DNA of 64,000 bases from the human T2T-CHM13v2.0 reference genome, Homo sapiens, in assembly GCF_009914755.1 (NCBI RefSeq), contig NC_060947.1. One strand, 5' to 3'. This document shows, in pieces, positions 29,961 through 42,899 of this stretch. The translations under genes were made by a program, and so were the position numbers. The notes below the pieces were generated by a model. It saw only the letters and a program-made list of their open reading frames with translations. It searched no databases and had not been told where the DNA came from. Position 1 is the first letter of the stretch. Each line of letters starts with the position of its first letter.

Positions 29961-31433
29961 GTGTATCTGGAGATTATATGTTTTCCTCTTTGTATTAAAA
30001 TCTTATGTGCAGCTTGTGATTCATACTGTGTATTGGTAACATAGGCAAGGCCTCAAACATTGCTCCTACCCTTTTAATCCATATTGTCTTTTCATTAGAA
30101 TCACTGGGCACCTCCACCAATTCTTCCTCCTCTTTCTCCTGCATATCTGTTTGCCCTCCATCGTTTCTTTTACTAGTTTTAACTTAGGCTCTTCAACTTC
30201 CTCTCAGATTAATTATAAGCCCTTTGATCAGATCTCTTGCAAAACATTCATGACTTATTATTTTCAATTTTCAACCTCACTAAATTTTGTACTAGAGTTG
30301 CATAGAAATGACTGAATTCACTGCTTATATTCCTCGCCTTTCCCTTTCTACCCTCTAGTAGAACTGTGGCTAAAAAGTGGTAAACTAACTGAAAAGCAGA
30401 TAACAGTAGAAAGAAGTCTAAATAATCTGCAGACTAGAATGTTGGTTTTTCTTTTACCGAAAGCTTGCCAAATACATGTTTTAATTATTTACATTTCCCC
30501 TGTTTAAGTTAATATTTGCAGTCTAAAATATATCAAAAGCAGAAGCCTAGTTCTCTGATCCCTTTCCCTACTTGGAAGGGAGGAAGATTCCAGATAACAA
30601 TGTGCTCCTGGACCACTCAACCCAAAATGAACATGGGAATCACACAACAGAATGTGTTGTGTAATAGTGGGGAGATGATATCTTGCTTTGGTTATCATGT
30701 CATCTCTTTGGCTTCCCTACGGTACTGTGGAGACCGGCTAGTTTGGGAAGTAAGGGTAAGGATGGAGTAGGAGAGTGGAATTGTAAGCCCTGAGAGCCTC
30801 ACTACCTTGCAGAGACAAAAGAACATTGTTGTTCACCCCATGAACTGTGATGTAGTAGAGAGAACACTGGGCTACCATTTTAAAAATACCAGGGTTCTAT
30901 TCTCAGCACCATCACTGACTATCTGTGGCCTTGGGCAGGTCACTTTTCTTCTCTCAATCCTAGTTTCCCATTTGTAAAATAAGGGAAATACAGTATCTAT
31001 GTGTCCCTTTGGCTGAGTTTCCATGTTTCCCTGCTCTGCACAGGATTGCTCCATCCATACAAGACCAAACTCAGCTCTCAGAGGAGTGGACGTTTGGAGT
31101 AAATATCCAGAGACTCCATAAGAGTGATGATTCCGTGACTCTGTATAGTAGCCATTCCTGTGTTATCTGGGAAAGAAATTGAAATAACCTAACTTATGCT
31201 AGTAGTTCCATTCAATTGCCACAAGCAAGGAGCCTGGCCTAAGCCTAGTTCTATGGGAGTAATGAAATAGTGGAATCATAAGCCCTGGTTCATCTCATTA
31301 CATCTTCTAAGACTCAAAAGAAAACAAAATGAATTCACTTTTGAGGGGGTGGCTTATGATGAATTTTCAGTGTGTTTTTCATTCTGTCTCTCTTACCTGC
31401 TGGTTAATGTCCTTGTCTTTCCCCATGTTACAG

Positions 31434-31595
31434 GCCTGTATAATTCAGTAGACAGCTGGATGATTGTTCCCAACATTAAACAGAACCATTACACAGTGCA
31501 TGGACTCCAGAGCGGGACTCGCTACATCTTCATCGTTAAAGCCATAAACCAAGCCGGCAGCCGGAACAGTGAACCTACCCGACTAAAAACAAACA
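31434..31595 (+). CDS. MID2: MID2 coding exon, 162 bp, FN3 C-half ([53 protein letters not shown])
   Basis: CAG acceptor ends 31433; ACA|GTACGT donor at 31596; FN3 signature L.SGT.Y.F.VKA.N.AG; phase 1/1. Confidence 0.96.
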
Positions 31596-31924
31596 GTACG
31601 TTGTGGTGATTTCAAAAGGAAAGATCAATTTTCTTCTCCATGCCAGGGGAGTACACAGCCTGAGCAGGCACTCACAGCAGTGCATGGGGAGCAGTGGTAC
31701 TGGGTAGAGGAGCTATACTGTTGTAGTTTGTACTTTGGGCAAGGAGTTTGTTGGTGCCCATGGGAGATTTGTGGACTCAGAGATATGCACAAAAAGACTG
31801 TTAGCTTGGGAGGATGTTAGTGAAGAGTTTTCTCTGTACTCCACCCCTTATATTTGGGGGACAATTGCATAAAAGAGCATTATTTGTGATAATCTAGTAA
31901 AATCTTACTACAGAGAAGCCATAT

Positions 31925-32441
31925 CTGTTAGGAATGCTTTTGACAGCAAATAACAAAAAGTGCAACTAACATAGCTTAACAAATAGCGTTTGTTAATTGT
32001 TTAAATGAATAGTATATATTTTATCTCTCACACATACACATAGGAAGAAGTTTGAAGGTAGGCAGTTCAGGGCTAATGCAGCTGCTCTGCGATGTCATAA
32101 AAGATGCAGGCTCCTTCTCCCTGTGTGCATTGGCTTCTTGCCACATGGCTGCAAGATGGCCACTGCAACTTTCAGATGTCATATTACCTCTCAAGATAGG
32201 AAAGAGGAAAGAGTTGGTACACATAATGGTTATCCCTTTTATCTGGAAATCCAAAACTTTCCTAGAACTTTCCCCTGCTCTGTCTGACTTCTGCTTCCAT
32301 CTGCTTCCATGTTCTTAGCCGCCCCTAGCAGTAAGGGAGGCTGGAAGATTGAGTATTTAGCTTTTCCGGCCTCTATAGTGAAAGTGAGTAAGAGAGAAAA
32401 AGTTGGGAAAGGGTAATGTGTTAGCCAACAGTGTCTGTCAC
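31925..32441. mobile_element. Solo LTR (ERVL/MaLR class, LTR33- or MLT1-like)
   Basis: Starts tgttaggaatgcttttgacagcaaataaca, ends gtgtctgtcaca (TG...CA); caagatggc core; family uncertain. Confidence 0.6.
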
Positions 32442-33078
32442 AGAAGCATTCTGTATAAAAATCTCTTGCCACACCCAGCAACTGGTCCCTCAGTAACAAT
32501 GCCTTTGTCATATGGTTATAAAGAATTATCTGTTGTGAATGATCCTACACAATAAATGTTTTCTCTGATCATTGATGATGCAACAGTCACTCTAACAAAA
32601 TTGCCTAATTATATGTTATTTACATCCCAATTGTAAGAGGGCAAAAATAATTGTTCAGTTGCTGAGTTCTCAGGGTTTTCCGGTTCTGCCATCAAGCAGC
32701 AATTACATCAATTCCCCTCACCTCAGACATCATAACACTCTTTCTGTTAAAATCTACCCAAATCCCAAACAACCCACTGAAATTAAGCAAAGTACAAAAC
32801 ATATTTGAGAACATGAAACTTTGAGCACTCCCTTTTACTTTGATAATATATGATGTGGGGGACAGCTTATTAGCTCCTCTTTGCTTGGAATATGACTTCC
32901 CTCAAATTGCTTTTAGGAGAGATCCACATTTTTTCCCACAGTGGGAAAATAAACGCCGTTATGAAGGTCGTTTTATGGGAGATTGGCCTTTATTCTTATT
33001 TTATTGAAAACTCTGGTTTCTGGCCTGTTTTCTTAATAAAATTTAAACAGCAGCCAACTTGCACTGGACCAAGAGTGA

Positions 33079-33393
<315 letters not shown>

Positions 33394-33726
33394 TGAGTGG
33401 ATCCCATTTTCCTTTTCTTTTCTGTCCTCTGTCATTAGGTTCCTAGGAGATTCAATTCTATAGCACAACCATAATACCAATAAGTCAAGGTTAAAAGGTA
33501 TGTGATGAAAACCACTCCTAGAAAAATTTGCCAGCTTTTTAATAAAATAATGGAAAATATACTGGGCTAGGAGATGGAAACTGCCACATTGCTCTAATTG
33601 CTAACTTTTTAAAGCTCTAGTGATATCAGCATTATGCATCTAAGTGTAAACTATTTAAGGAATAAACATATATCCTATTTGTTATATATCATATATGGTG
33701 TCTTACACAACTCAGATAATTCATAA

Positions 33727-34164
<438 letters not shown>

Positions 34165-34254
34165 GTTTCAGGAGAGTATATAATTCACTGGCTCTCTAGT
34201 TCAGCAGTTCTTCCCCTCCTACACCTAAGTTAGCGTTCAATATACGAGACACAA

Positions 34255-34260
34255 AATAAA
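34255..34260 (+). terminator. Candidate proximal polyadenylation signal AATAAA
   Basis: AATAAA 90 nt after the stop, followed by T-rich sequence. Confidence 0.5.
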
Positions 34261-36039
34261 GTTTGTTTGAAGCATCCAAAATAACTAGATATTGCAGATT
34301 TAATTTTTGTGCATTAAAGCTTGTATTTGAATTAATTTATTGAGTTTTTCAGAACAAATTATCTGAGTAGTCTGCGTTCAAGCCATTGGAGAAAAATTTA
34401 GAAAATGCCTCTGTTGTCATTGGAGAATTAAAAATTCCCAATGATTTAAGAATATAAATTATATTGGAAGCAATTAGGGTAATTCTAGTTAAATAATGTG
34501 GAAAGGTGCCCTGAATAAGGAGCTAGCAAGCCAGAGCGGGGGGTGGTCAGCCTTTCTAGTACTGGCCAGTTTGGCCATGTAGAATTTTGAACAGTGTCAA
34601 ATTATCACATATTATATTTTACTTTTGATGAAAACCTATCATCAAGGGTTTGTTAGGAAACCATGAATGTGTATATGTAATATATAAAGTGAACATATAT
34701 GTACTTTATATATATTCACTTGTGTATGTATGTTTATGCATATTCACTTTATATATTACATATACACAAAAAACTTTTTTTTCCAAACACCACCTCGAAC
34801 TAGAACAAAAAACTTTTTAATTTGCTAATTTGAGTGAGAAATATACTGGAAGGGAAAATAAGTTACACCATCCATTTTTGTCCCCTAAAGGAAACATCAA
34901 AATCAATCAACATTTATTTCCTCCCTCTATCCATCATTGCCTTCCTCCCTCCTGTCACGCACACATACACATGCAACCATGACACAGATAATGGGAAGAG
35001 CTTTATTGGATTAGCAGAGATTTACAGACAAGATTGCACAAGAGATGCTGTTGCTGGATAGAAAATTGATCAGGTAGAAGTGATGCTACCTACTTGAGGA
35101 TGGCCATCTGAATTGTTAAAAATTCTGTCATAGACTATTAAAAAAAAAGTTTTACTACTCCCAAGTACACACAGTTATGAGAATTAGGCTTTTAAAAAGT
35201 TGCACAGTGAAGGCTCTTTAGGAACCTACTTTACTTAATCAGTAAAAATTGAGTATTATTGATGCACCAACTATTCCCATATAAATGTACTTGCTTTTTC
35301 AGATAAAACACTTCTGAAGTGCTCAAGAATGTCTGAAAACAGTTTGTTTTCTTAAATAGGATAAATAATCATTCCTTTTGCAATCTTGTTTACAGTATTC
35401 ATTCTCTTAGCCAATCCCTCCACGCAAATGGAGACAAACTTCATCCCAGTCCTAACCAGTATAGTTGAAGGGAATGGAGCCTTGTAGTCTATGATTTTTT
35501 TTTTTAAATTTCCATCGAAGGGATTGGGGATGTCAGAGAGCCAGAGCTTTCCCCTTTCCAGGAGCTAAGTTGGCTTCGGAAGTCTTCTGGGATTTGTGAA
35601 AATATTACTGTTGTAAAATTACAAAGTGGTAGCCATAACAACTCCCTCAGATTGGAGACTTGAAATGTCAAAACTCCCCTCTTCCTTTCCCCTAGTTTGG
35701 TGGATGCTCATTTATTAATTCATTCAATAAACTATTAGATGCCAGGTACCAAACTACTGCCATGGGAGTGCACATATTAACAAAATGCTCTACCTGCTGC
35801 CAAATGGCTTACTATTCTGTGGAAGAAACAAAGTATATAATCCTCCCCAATAACAGTTATGTATTGTTTGTTCACTTAATGTGGAAGGCAAGACTGATGC
35901 AGACACACAAGGAAGGCTCAAAAATATAAATCTAGCAGCAATGTCATCTTTTTTGATTTTAAATACCATATGTGCTTACTGCTAATCAGGAAATGAACAA
36001 CCTCAGTAAAATTCATCAGTGCTGGTAAATAGTTTGCTG

Positions 36040-36260
36040 TAGTGGAAAGCTCATAACCTTTGGATTCAAATGATCCTAGTTTCTGTACCATTTATTAGCG
36101 TTGTGACCTAGGACAAGTACCTCACTTCTCTGAGCCTGTTTCCTCCTCTGTAAAATAATGTCTACTTCACAAGGCTGTTTCAAAGGTTAAAAAAGATAGC
36201 ATATGTAAACTGTCTTAGCTCAGCGCTTGACATTTCCTAAGTGTGCCATAAATATTAATC
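36040..36260 (+). mobile_element. MIR in the MID2 3'UTR
   Basis: ttgtgacctaggacaagtacctcacttctctgagcctgtttcctcctctgtaaaat. Confidence 0.8.
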
Positions 36261-36959
36261 TCTTTCCTTACTCCCAGCTCCAATACAGCGTAACAGTGCT
36301 TTAAAATGTATGTCCTTCATTTCTCCTTCATTTCTCAGTCACCTTTGTCTCTTCCCTAGGGCATATCCCCAAATTCTTAAACAAAAAAAAATGATTTTTT
36401 TCCCCTTCATCAAACTTTTCACTGGCTCCCTTAGCACCCAGTAGAAGGTCCCAACTCCTTACAGAGTCTGGGTTTTCATGTCCCTGTTTGCTTACACAGC
36501 TTAATCTTTTGCCACTTTCCCCCTCACATTGATTAAGGTAGCCAAGTTTAACTATTTACACAACTATTCACACAAGTTATTCTCTGGGCCTGCAGCAGAA
36601 ACATGATTAACAATTTTAATGCCCAGAGTAAACAACAGAAATTTTTCTTAAATTAAAGGAATAGTGTGAAAATGCTGTAAGTACAGAAAATGCAACCTCC
36701 ATTCCAGTAGAACAATTTCCTTTGCCTTGTCCTTGGCTCTCCAAAACTGTTCATTTATTGTGGTGTCTTTTAGATTTTAGTGCCCTGGGACAAAGATCTA
36801 ATTTCCCCACCCTACTTTTGACTCTATCCTGGACTACCTTTCCTCACCTCTATCTCTCTCAACCAGACTAACTCTTTATTCCTTAGACTTGATGATGCAT
36901 CCCTCTTTAGAGATCCAAAGACACCCCAAGCATCCCCCTCTCTCAGCAATAATCACATT

Positions 36960-37140
36960 GTATAGCAGTGTTTTTCAAAGTGTGGTCCTCACACCGCCTG
37001 TGTTAGAATCACCTTTAGTGTTTGTTAAAAGAATTGATTTTGGGTTCCCACTCCTGACCTAACCAGAATATCTGAGAACATAGGCAGGAATTTACATTTT
37101 TGACAAGCTCCTCATGATTCTGATGCACCAAAAATTTTAA
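36960..37140. mobile_element. MER5-type hAT-Charlie DNA element within the MID2 3'UTR
   Basis: cagtgtttttcaaagtgtggtcc...agaatcacct...tttttgacaagctcc...tgattctgatgcac. Confidence 0.7.
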
Positions 37141-38700
37141 TGAATAATCATCTTCCCTACTAGACTGAACACCTTGAGAGGAAGGACTGTGTCTTTTATT
37201 GTTGTTATATTGTTAATACCTGGCACAGTGCTTGGAACATTAGCTTGGCTAATGTTTATTGAATGAATGTATGAATGAAAAAATGCATTATGAAAGTTTC
37301 CTCTTGTACTCTCATGTTCGTAGTGATGTTTGTTACTTCCTGGGCAGAAAAGCTTGGTTACTACTCCATTTGAGCTGTATTAATTCTATTTTGCAGAGAT
37401 ATCAAGGCTCCTACATAATAAATGATCATTGTCCTCCTCAAAAACTCTTTGGCAGTTATCTTGGGGAAATGTCTTTGGAGCATATGGCACCATTGTTTTC
37501 AGTAACATTTCAGTCTTGTCAAACTTTGTTGTTTGAAGGTGGATTTACATTTCGGTTATAGCCAAAAATCACTCAAAGCTAAGCCTACTTAAAAAAGTGG
37601 GGAATTAAACTGGGTTTGGAGTAAGCAATGAAGTTTGACTCTGAAGTCCCAAATTCTGAGTCAAACAGTGAAAAATGACTTCTAAGATACAACATGGTGA
37701 CAAAGTACTTAGTGGGGGTGCGATGGGCCCCAGATATTTACTTCAGTTAACTTGGCTTTTATAGAATCCTGGCAATGCCATGGACCTTAAGAGAAGTAAT
37801 TGGCTACCTCTAGCTAAACCCAGCTGGACAAAGAGAATAGGACTTGTATTTAACATTTTCAAAGAAGGTGACTGCATAAGCTTTTGTTGTTGTTGCTCTA
37901 CTCAACCTGTTCTCCACAACTGTTTCTACCAGAAGATTATTTTATGTCTGCAATTTATGCTTGTTTCCACTTTTTATATTGTCTTATTGAAGAAAGCACA
38001 AAAATAATCAAAAATAAAGTAAAACCTGTTTTGAGAGTATGAAAGAAATTTTAATGCCACATTGAGGTTCTGGCTACTTGTAAGTAAGAGTAACTGCATC
38101 TGGATGTGTTTTTATTATACAATTCTATGTGTATCTTTAGATGCAGTGAAATTCAGATTGCAGCAAAATCACTTATCTGTTCTTTTCGGCTAAAACACTC
38201 TAGGTGAATTTTCTAAACTTCCATGGTTTACATATTTATATATGACTACCAAGATGGAGCAATCCACGGATGGACTTTTGAATAAACTCAAATATTTGAT
38301 ACTGCTTCCTCCAAGGAATGGAGAGTGTCAGGCAGGTAGGTAAGAACCACTCCTACACTTATTTCTAGCTCCTGAAGCCAACTGCAGCCTTGGAGCCAAT
38401 GGCTGTATTTGGCTGTGTGTTACAGGTTGGCCAAACTGATTGCCATCAGGTCAGACAAAACTGCCTTTTATGGTGTAGTCTGCCAGCTTCAGACATATGC
38501 TGTATTGTTGTTATTGGCTAGACTATTTATTAGACTATTGTTGGACTATTTTTTATCAAATGCTTTACCCCACGCCTGTTTGTATTGGGAGCTCTGGACC
38601 AATAGTGTCTCTCCTAGTGACAGAAATATGAGCATCTGTGGATTACACAGCCTCATCCCTCTCTACAATATTCCAGCCCATCCAAAATGCTATATTATGA

Positions 38701-38710
38701 ATTAAATAAA
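38701..38710 (+). terminator. Candidate distal polyadenylation signal (ATTAAA overlapping AATAAA)
   Basis: attaaataaa, then a CA dinucleotide and a GT/T-rich downstream element within about 30 nt. Confidence 0.65.
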
Positions 38711-40784
38711 TATATATGTATTCATGAATTCTTTGTTGTCTCTCGCTGGAGTTGAATTGGGGGAGGACTAAAAGGAAGATGGCCGTGGATTCTCCTGGAA
38801 TTGGGTAAGTGACTAGGGGAAACCAAGGATCATATAATAGGTAGTGATCTGGACAGAAAGGACCCAGGGGGTCTGGAGCTCAAAATCCAATCAAGAAGAC
38901 TTTGATTTCAGGAGCATGATATGGTCAAGAAGACCAAAGAAATGAAGATATAGGGTTCAAGGAAACATGACACATTCAGTTTTAGAGATTGGAGCAGAAG
39001 TTGAGAATTAAAGAACAAATAAAATCCCAGTGCTGGAACCCATTGATTAAGATTAGGGTAGCACCAGAAGCAAGTGAGCTGACTTACTGTTAAAACAGCT
39101 GGCCTGCAGGAGGAGACTGGGAGGAAGCCAGGAGGTCCCTCAGGGCTAGAATTGGGCATATCTTAATCAGATTTGTAGTGGCACTAAGACTAAAAGGGAT
39201 CATGCGATATGAAGTGAATGAAGCAGGGCAGTCAAGGGCGGCAGCTAGAGAAGTGACTTGAAACAGGTCATCAGACCAGGGGCCTATAAGAACTACAGCC
39301 CAAAGGTAAAAGGAGTAAAATTCAAAGGAGAAAAGAATTTGGAACATTGTGTGTTTAGTGGTTTAATTGAAGAACAACCTAGGCAAATACCAAATATGAG
39401 GCTATTACCCATAGCTAAAATTTTAATATTTTGTGTGTGTGTGTGTGATGATGTTTGGAAAGGCCATCTCCATTTAATGTGCGAGGACAGGGCAGATATG
39501 GGATTCTTTATGTTTCCCCATCTGAGAATAGAATTGGTCCCAGAGTTTCAGTGAATCTGAGCCTGTATTTGGGAGGGAGGTGGTCTCAGTTATGATGGTT
39601 AGGAGTAACAGAGACCAAATAGGTTGTTACAAGCTTATTAGAAATGTATATAGCATGACAGCTAATGAGAATGACTCTCCTCCACCATGAATTTCCAGGA
39701 ATGGAGGATCAAGGTGGTTTTCCTATACTGTTGGGCACAATACACAAATTACAATTGCGACTGATCTCGTCGGGTCATTCAAGAGCAGTTCTTAACCACT
39801 AGTTATGTTCCTAGTACTCTTCTCATTTCTGTGGTGGGATATTAAGATGAAAAATATTCCTAACATTTATAATGGAGTACCCAATTCAATACTGCTTCTC
39901 AGATAGTTTTACATCTATGAACTCAATGAGTTAATAGTGGTAGCTGACAAAGGGAGCATTTATAGAGACACTGGAGTGCAAGTGGAAGCTCTTACCAAGA
40001 TCTAGCATGGAGACTTGTACATAGTAGGTGCTTAGTAAATGCTGGTTGAATAGAATTAGAATCTGATAAGCAGAATGACAAGTAGTCCACCTCATACATT
40101 GTGAAGTTGGGTGAACTCACCAGCACCAGGTGTATAATCCCTCTCAGGCACATATTCCTGGTCCAGGATTCCTATGACTGCTTCTTTCCATTGTTCTTTA
40201 AGGCCAGGCTCCTTCAAAGGGAACAATTAAAAGAATTAATAAATTAGCCACCAATAATGTGCTAATGGAGGAATGTGGGCAAAATTCACACAGAAAACAA
40301 GACATTGTTTCTCAGAAAACAAGAAATGTTAACAAGAACCTTCTAGGGAAAATGTTTTTGTGTCTGACTTGGGACTGACAAGTTGGGGAGGGCAAGCATC
40401 AGACTTTCCAGTTTAGAAGGGTCAGCTGACAATGCCCTGGCAGGCTAAGCCCCTGCCAGGGGAAATATTTTGGACCAAGAGGACTCTTTCAAAGGGGATA
40501 TAGATGAGAACTGAGTCTCACTTAGCACAATGCCTGTGATCCTTCTAGAGCACAAGGGCTGGCCTTGCACACAGAATACGAAGAGGATCTGTTGCTCTTC
40601 CAGGCAGATTAAAAGTCCCAGAAAATGGAATTTGGGCTGATTTTCCCTTTGATGTATAGTGATAAGAAAAAGCTACTATGGTCAACAGCTCTTTGTTCGA
40701 CTTAACTCCCTCAGTGGTAAGAGAGGGTCATGAGATAGCCAAAAATGTGAAATTCACAGTAAGCAGCTGTCAAGCACATATGGC

Positions 40785-40810
40785 AAGTCCAAGTCCAAGT
40801 CCAAGTCCAA
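40785..40810. repeat. (AAGTCC)n hexamer, about 4 units
   Basis: caagtccaagtccaagtccaagtccaa. Confidence 0.9.
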
Positions 40811-42899
40811 GGCCTGACTGATTTAGTAGGTAAAGATACAAGGAATCACTTTTAAATTCAAACAGTTTATTATTTACACAGTGAAAGAAAAAGCAGTCAA
40901 AGATTCCAGCCCCAAATGGTCCTTGTCCCAAACAACAAAAAGGATGACACTGAAACAAAAAGGACCAGAAGACTTCCAAGTGAGTTGTGGGATACCTCAC
41001 TGCTAAGAAGCCAATTATAGACTGCACTTAAGTGGCTTTATAGTCTGTAGCTCTATTCTGAGGGAAGTGGTTCAGGAAGTCTTGTACCTCATCAGAACCT
41101 GGGAGGTGGGAGGCTATGAAAATCTGTCTCATGAAACTTGCCAAGGGACATAAGGAGGCAAGTGGGAGATGATCTTGAAGCAGCTCCTCTCAGGCCTCCC
41201 ATCCTTTGTGCTCTGGAAGGATCACAGGCATTCTACCAAGACTCAGATTAGCTGTGGTTCAAGTCTTTGCTCGAGGGACCATTGTAGATATTGCCAGGTG
41301 ACTAGGGTGCCAGGGTAGAGCCATTCTCATGCAGAGACTAGCTGAAGGTCCAGGTAAATTCCTCAGGGCAAAGCAAAAGGAAGTAAAGTCAGGGTCTTTT
41401 GAAGTACCTCTTCTCTTCTTCCCTTCTGCTGACCTTCCATTCATGTCCTTTCATTCTTCTCAGTATTTTGGGAGTTGGGGGTGGGGATGGGGCAGAGATT
41501 AAATGCATAATTAGGATATAAAATAAATTCAGTCTCTGAAAGATTCAGTACCAAGGCCAGAGAATTCCAAGGCCTGGGTCCTTCGCCATCTCTGGCACTT
41601 AGTTTTTCAACTAGGAATTAAAGAGTATGGGTAATTTCTAAGGTCCCTTCTAGCCCTAACAGTATGAATTACCATAAATGCAAATTTAGTGAAGGTAGTG
41701 ATAGGAGCTTGATGTGCATACCTACCCCAAGAATGTTGGGACATCAGGGCAGATCATCAGAAATCCTACGACTGGGACAGAGAAGTGGATGACATTACTG
41801 TTACTTTAGGACCATCATCAGAATCCCTTTTGGGGTGACTATCCTTCCCCATACACACTTCACTTCACTTGGACCTCCCTTGCCAATCCGCTGCTACCAT
41901 TACTTTTGAGCTTTCTGCTTCAGCCCTCTCCCCCATCCTGCTTGATAACTGTACAAAATGCAAATACTGTTTTAGCTAGTGGCGTCTCTGTTTCAAATTT
42001 CAGGTCAGTCATCTGAGAGTCTTCAATGTGTACATGCAGGGAATTGCCAAAGATATTCTACTTTCCAAGGGCAGAGTAGGTCACTTGATACAGCAACTAA
42101 CAGGGGTCCTGTGTGCCACCTTCTCCAATTATGATCTTCCCAATCCAAACTCCCACAGATACATCCCTTAAAAGGCAAAGGAGAGAGTCCTGGTACAGCC
42201 ACCACTCCAAGTTATTATTCCGCCATTCATTTATTCACTCATTCAACAAATATTTTACTGATAGTCTGTTTGTGGCAGGTGCTGGAGCTCAGTGATGAAT
42301 AAGACACATAATCCCTGCCCTCATGAGACTCATAATCTAGAGAGAAGACAGAGTATCAACGAATGAAGACTTTTTGAATTATAGGCGCTATCATTTATTG
42401 GTTGCTTACAGTGTGCCTGGCACTATGCCAAGCACTCGAGATGCAGTGATTCATTCAATCCTCCCAGGAATCCTATGAGGTAAAGACTATTATTGGCTCC
42501 CTCGAACATGAAGAGTTAATCATTCCATGCGCCCATGCCCAGGCCTGCAGATTCCTACATGCCTGGTGAGCTGCTAGCAAGGGTCTTAGCCATGGCTGCT
42601 TTGGGTACGAGGTAAAGTTTAAGGCCCAGCACTGAGGAAACAAATGACCCAGTGCAGCAGCTCCTGAAGTCAGGGTTAACCGGGAAGGCCTTCCAGGTCT
42701 TTGCTAGACACCCCCAAAACTGCCCCCGAGGCGATTCTCCCATCCTCTTTTTTCTCCCCTTTCCCTCCGGCACCCCACTACCCTCCCTTTCCAGCCCAGC
42801 CCCTCCCTCTGGGCCGCCTCCTCTCTGAGTCATTTCCCCTTCTCCGCCCTAAAGACCTTGTCTTTCTCTTGGAATCCCTTACCCTCTGGCAGGAAGTAG

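Larger units (their letters stand above)
34165..38730 (+). other. MID2: MID2 3'UTR (long form, about 4.5 kb; end approximate)
   Basis: Follows the stop codon; ends near overlapping ATTAAA/AATAAA (38701-38710) with a downstream GU/U-rich tract (ctttgttgtctctc). Confidence 0.65.

Noticed and set aside
40435-40461. Perfect 10-bp inverted repeat CCCTGGCAGG-7nt-CCTGCCAGGG
   Set aside because: Isolated; chance occurrence is plausible in 64 kb and there is no supporting context.
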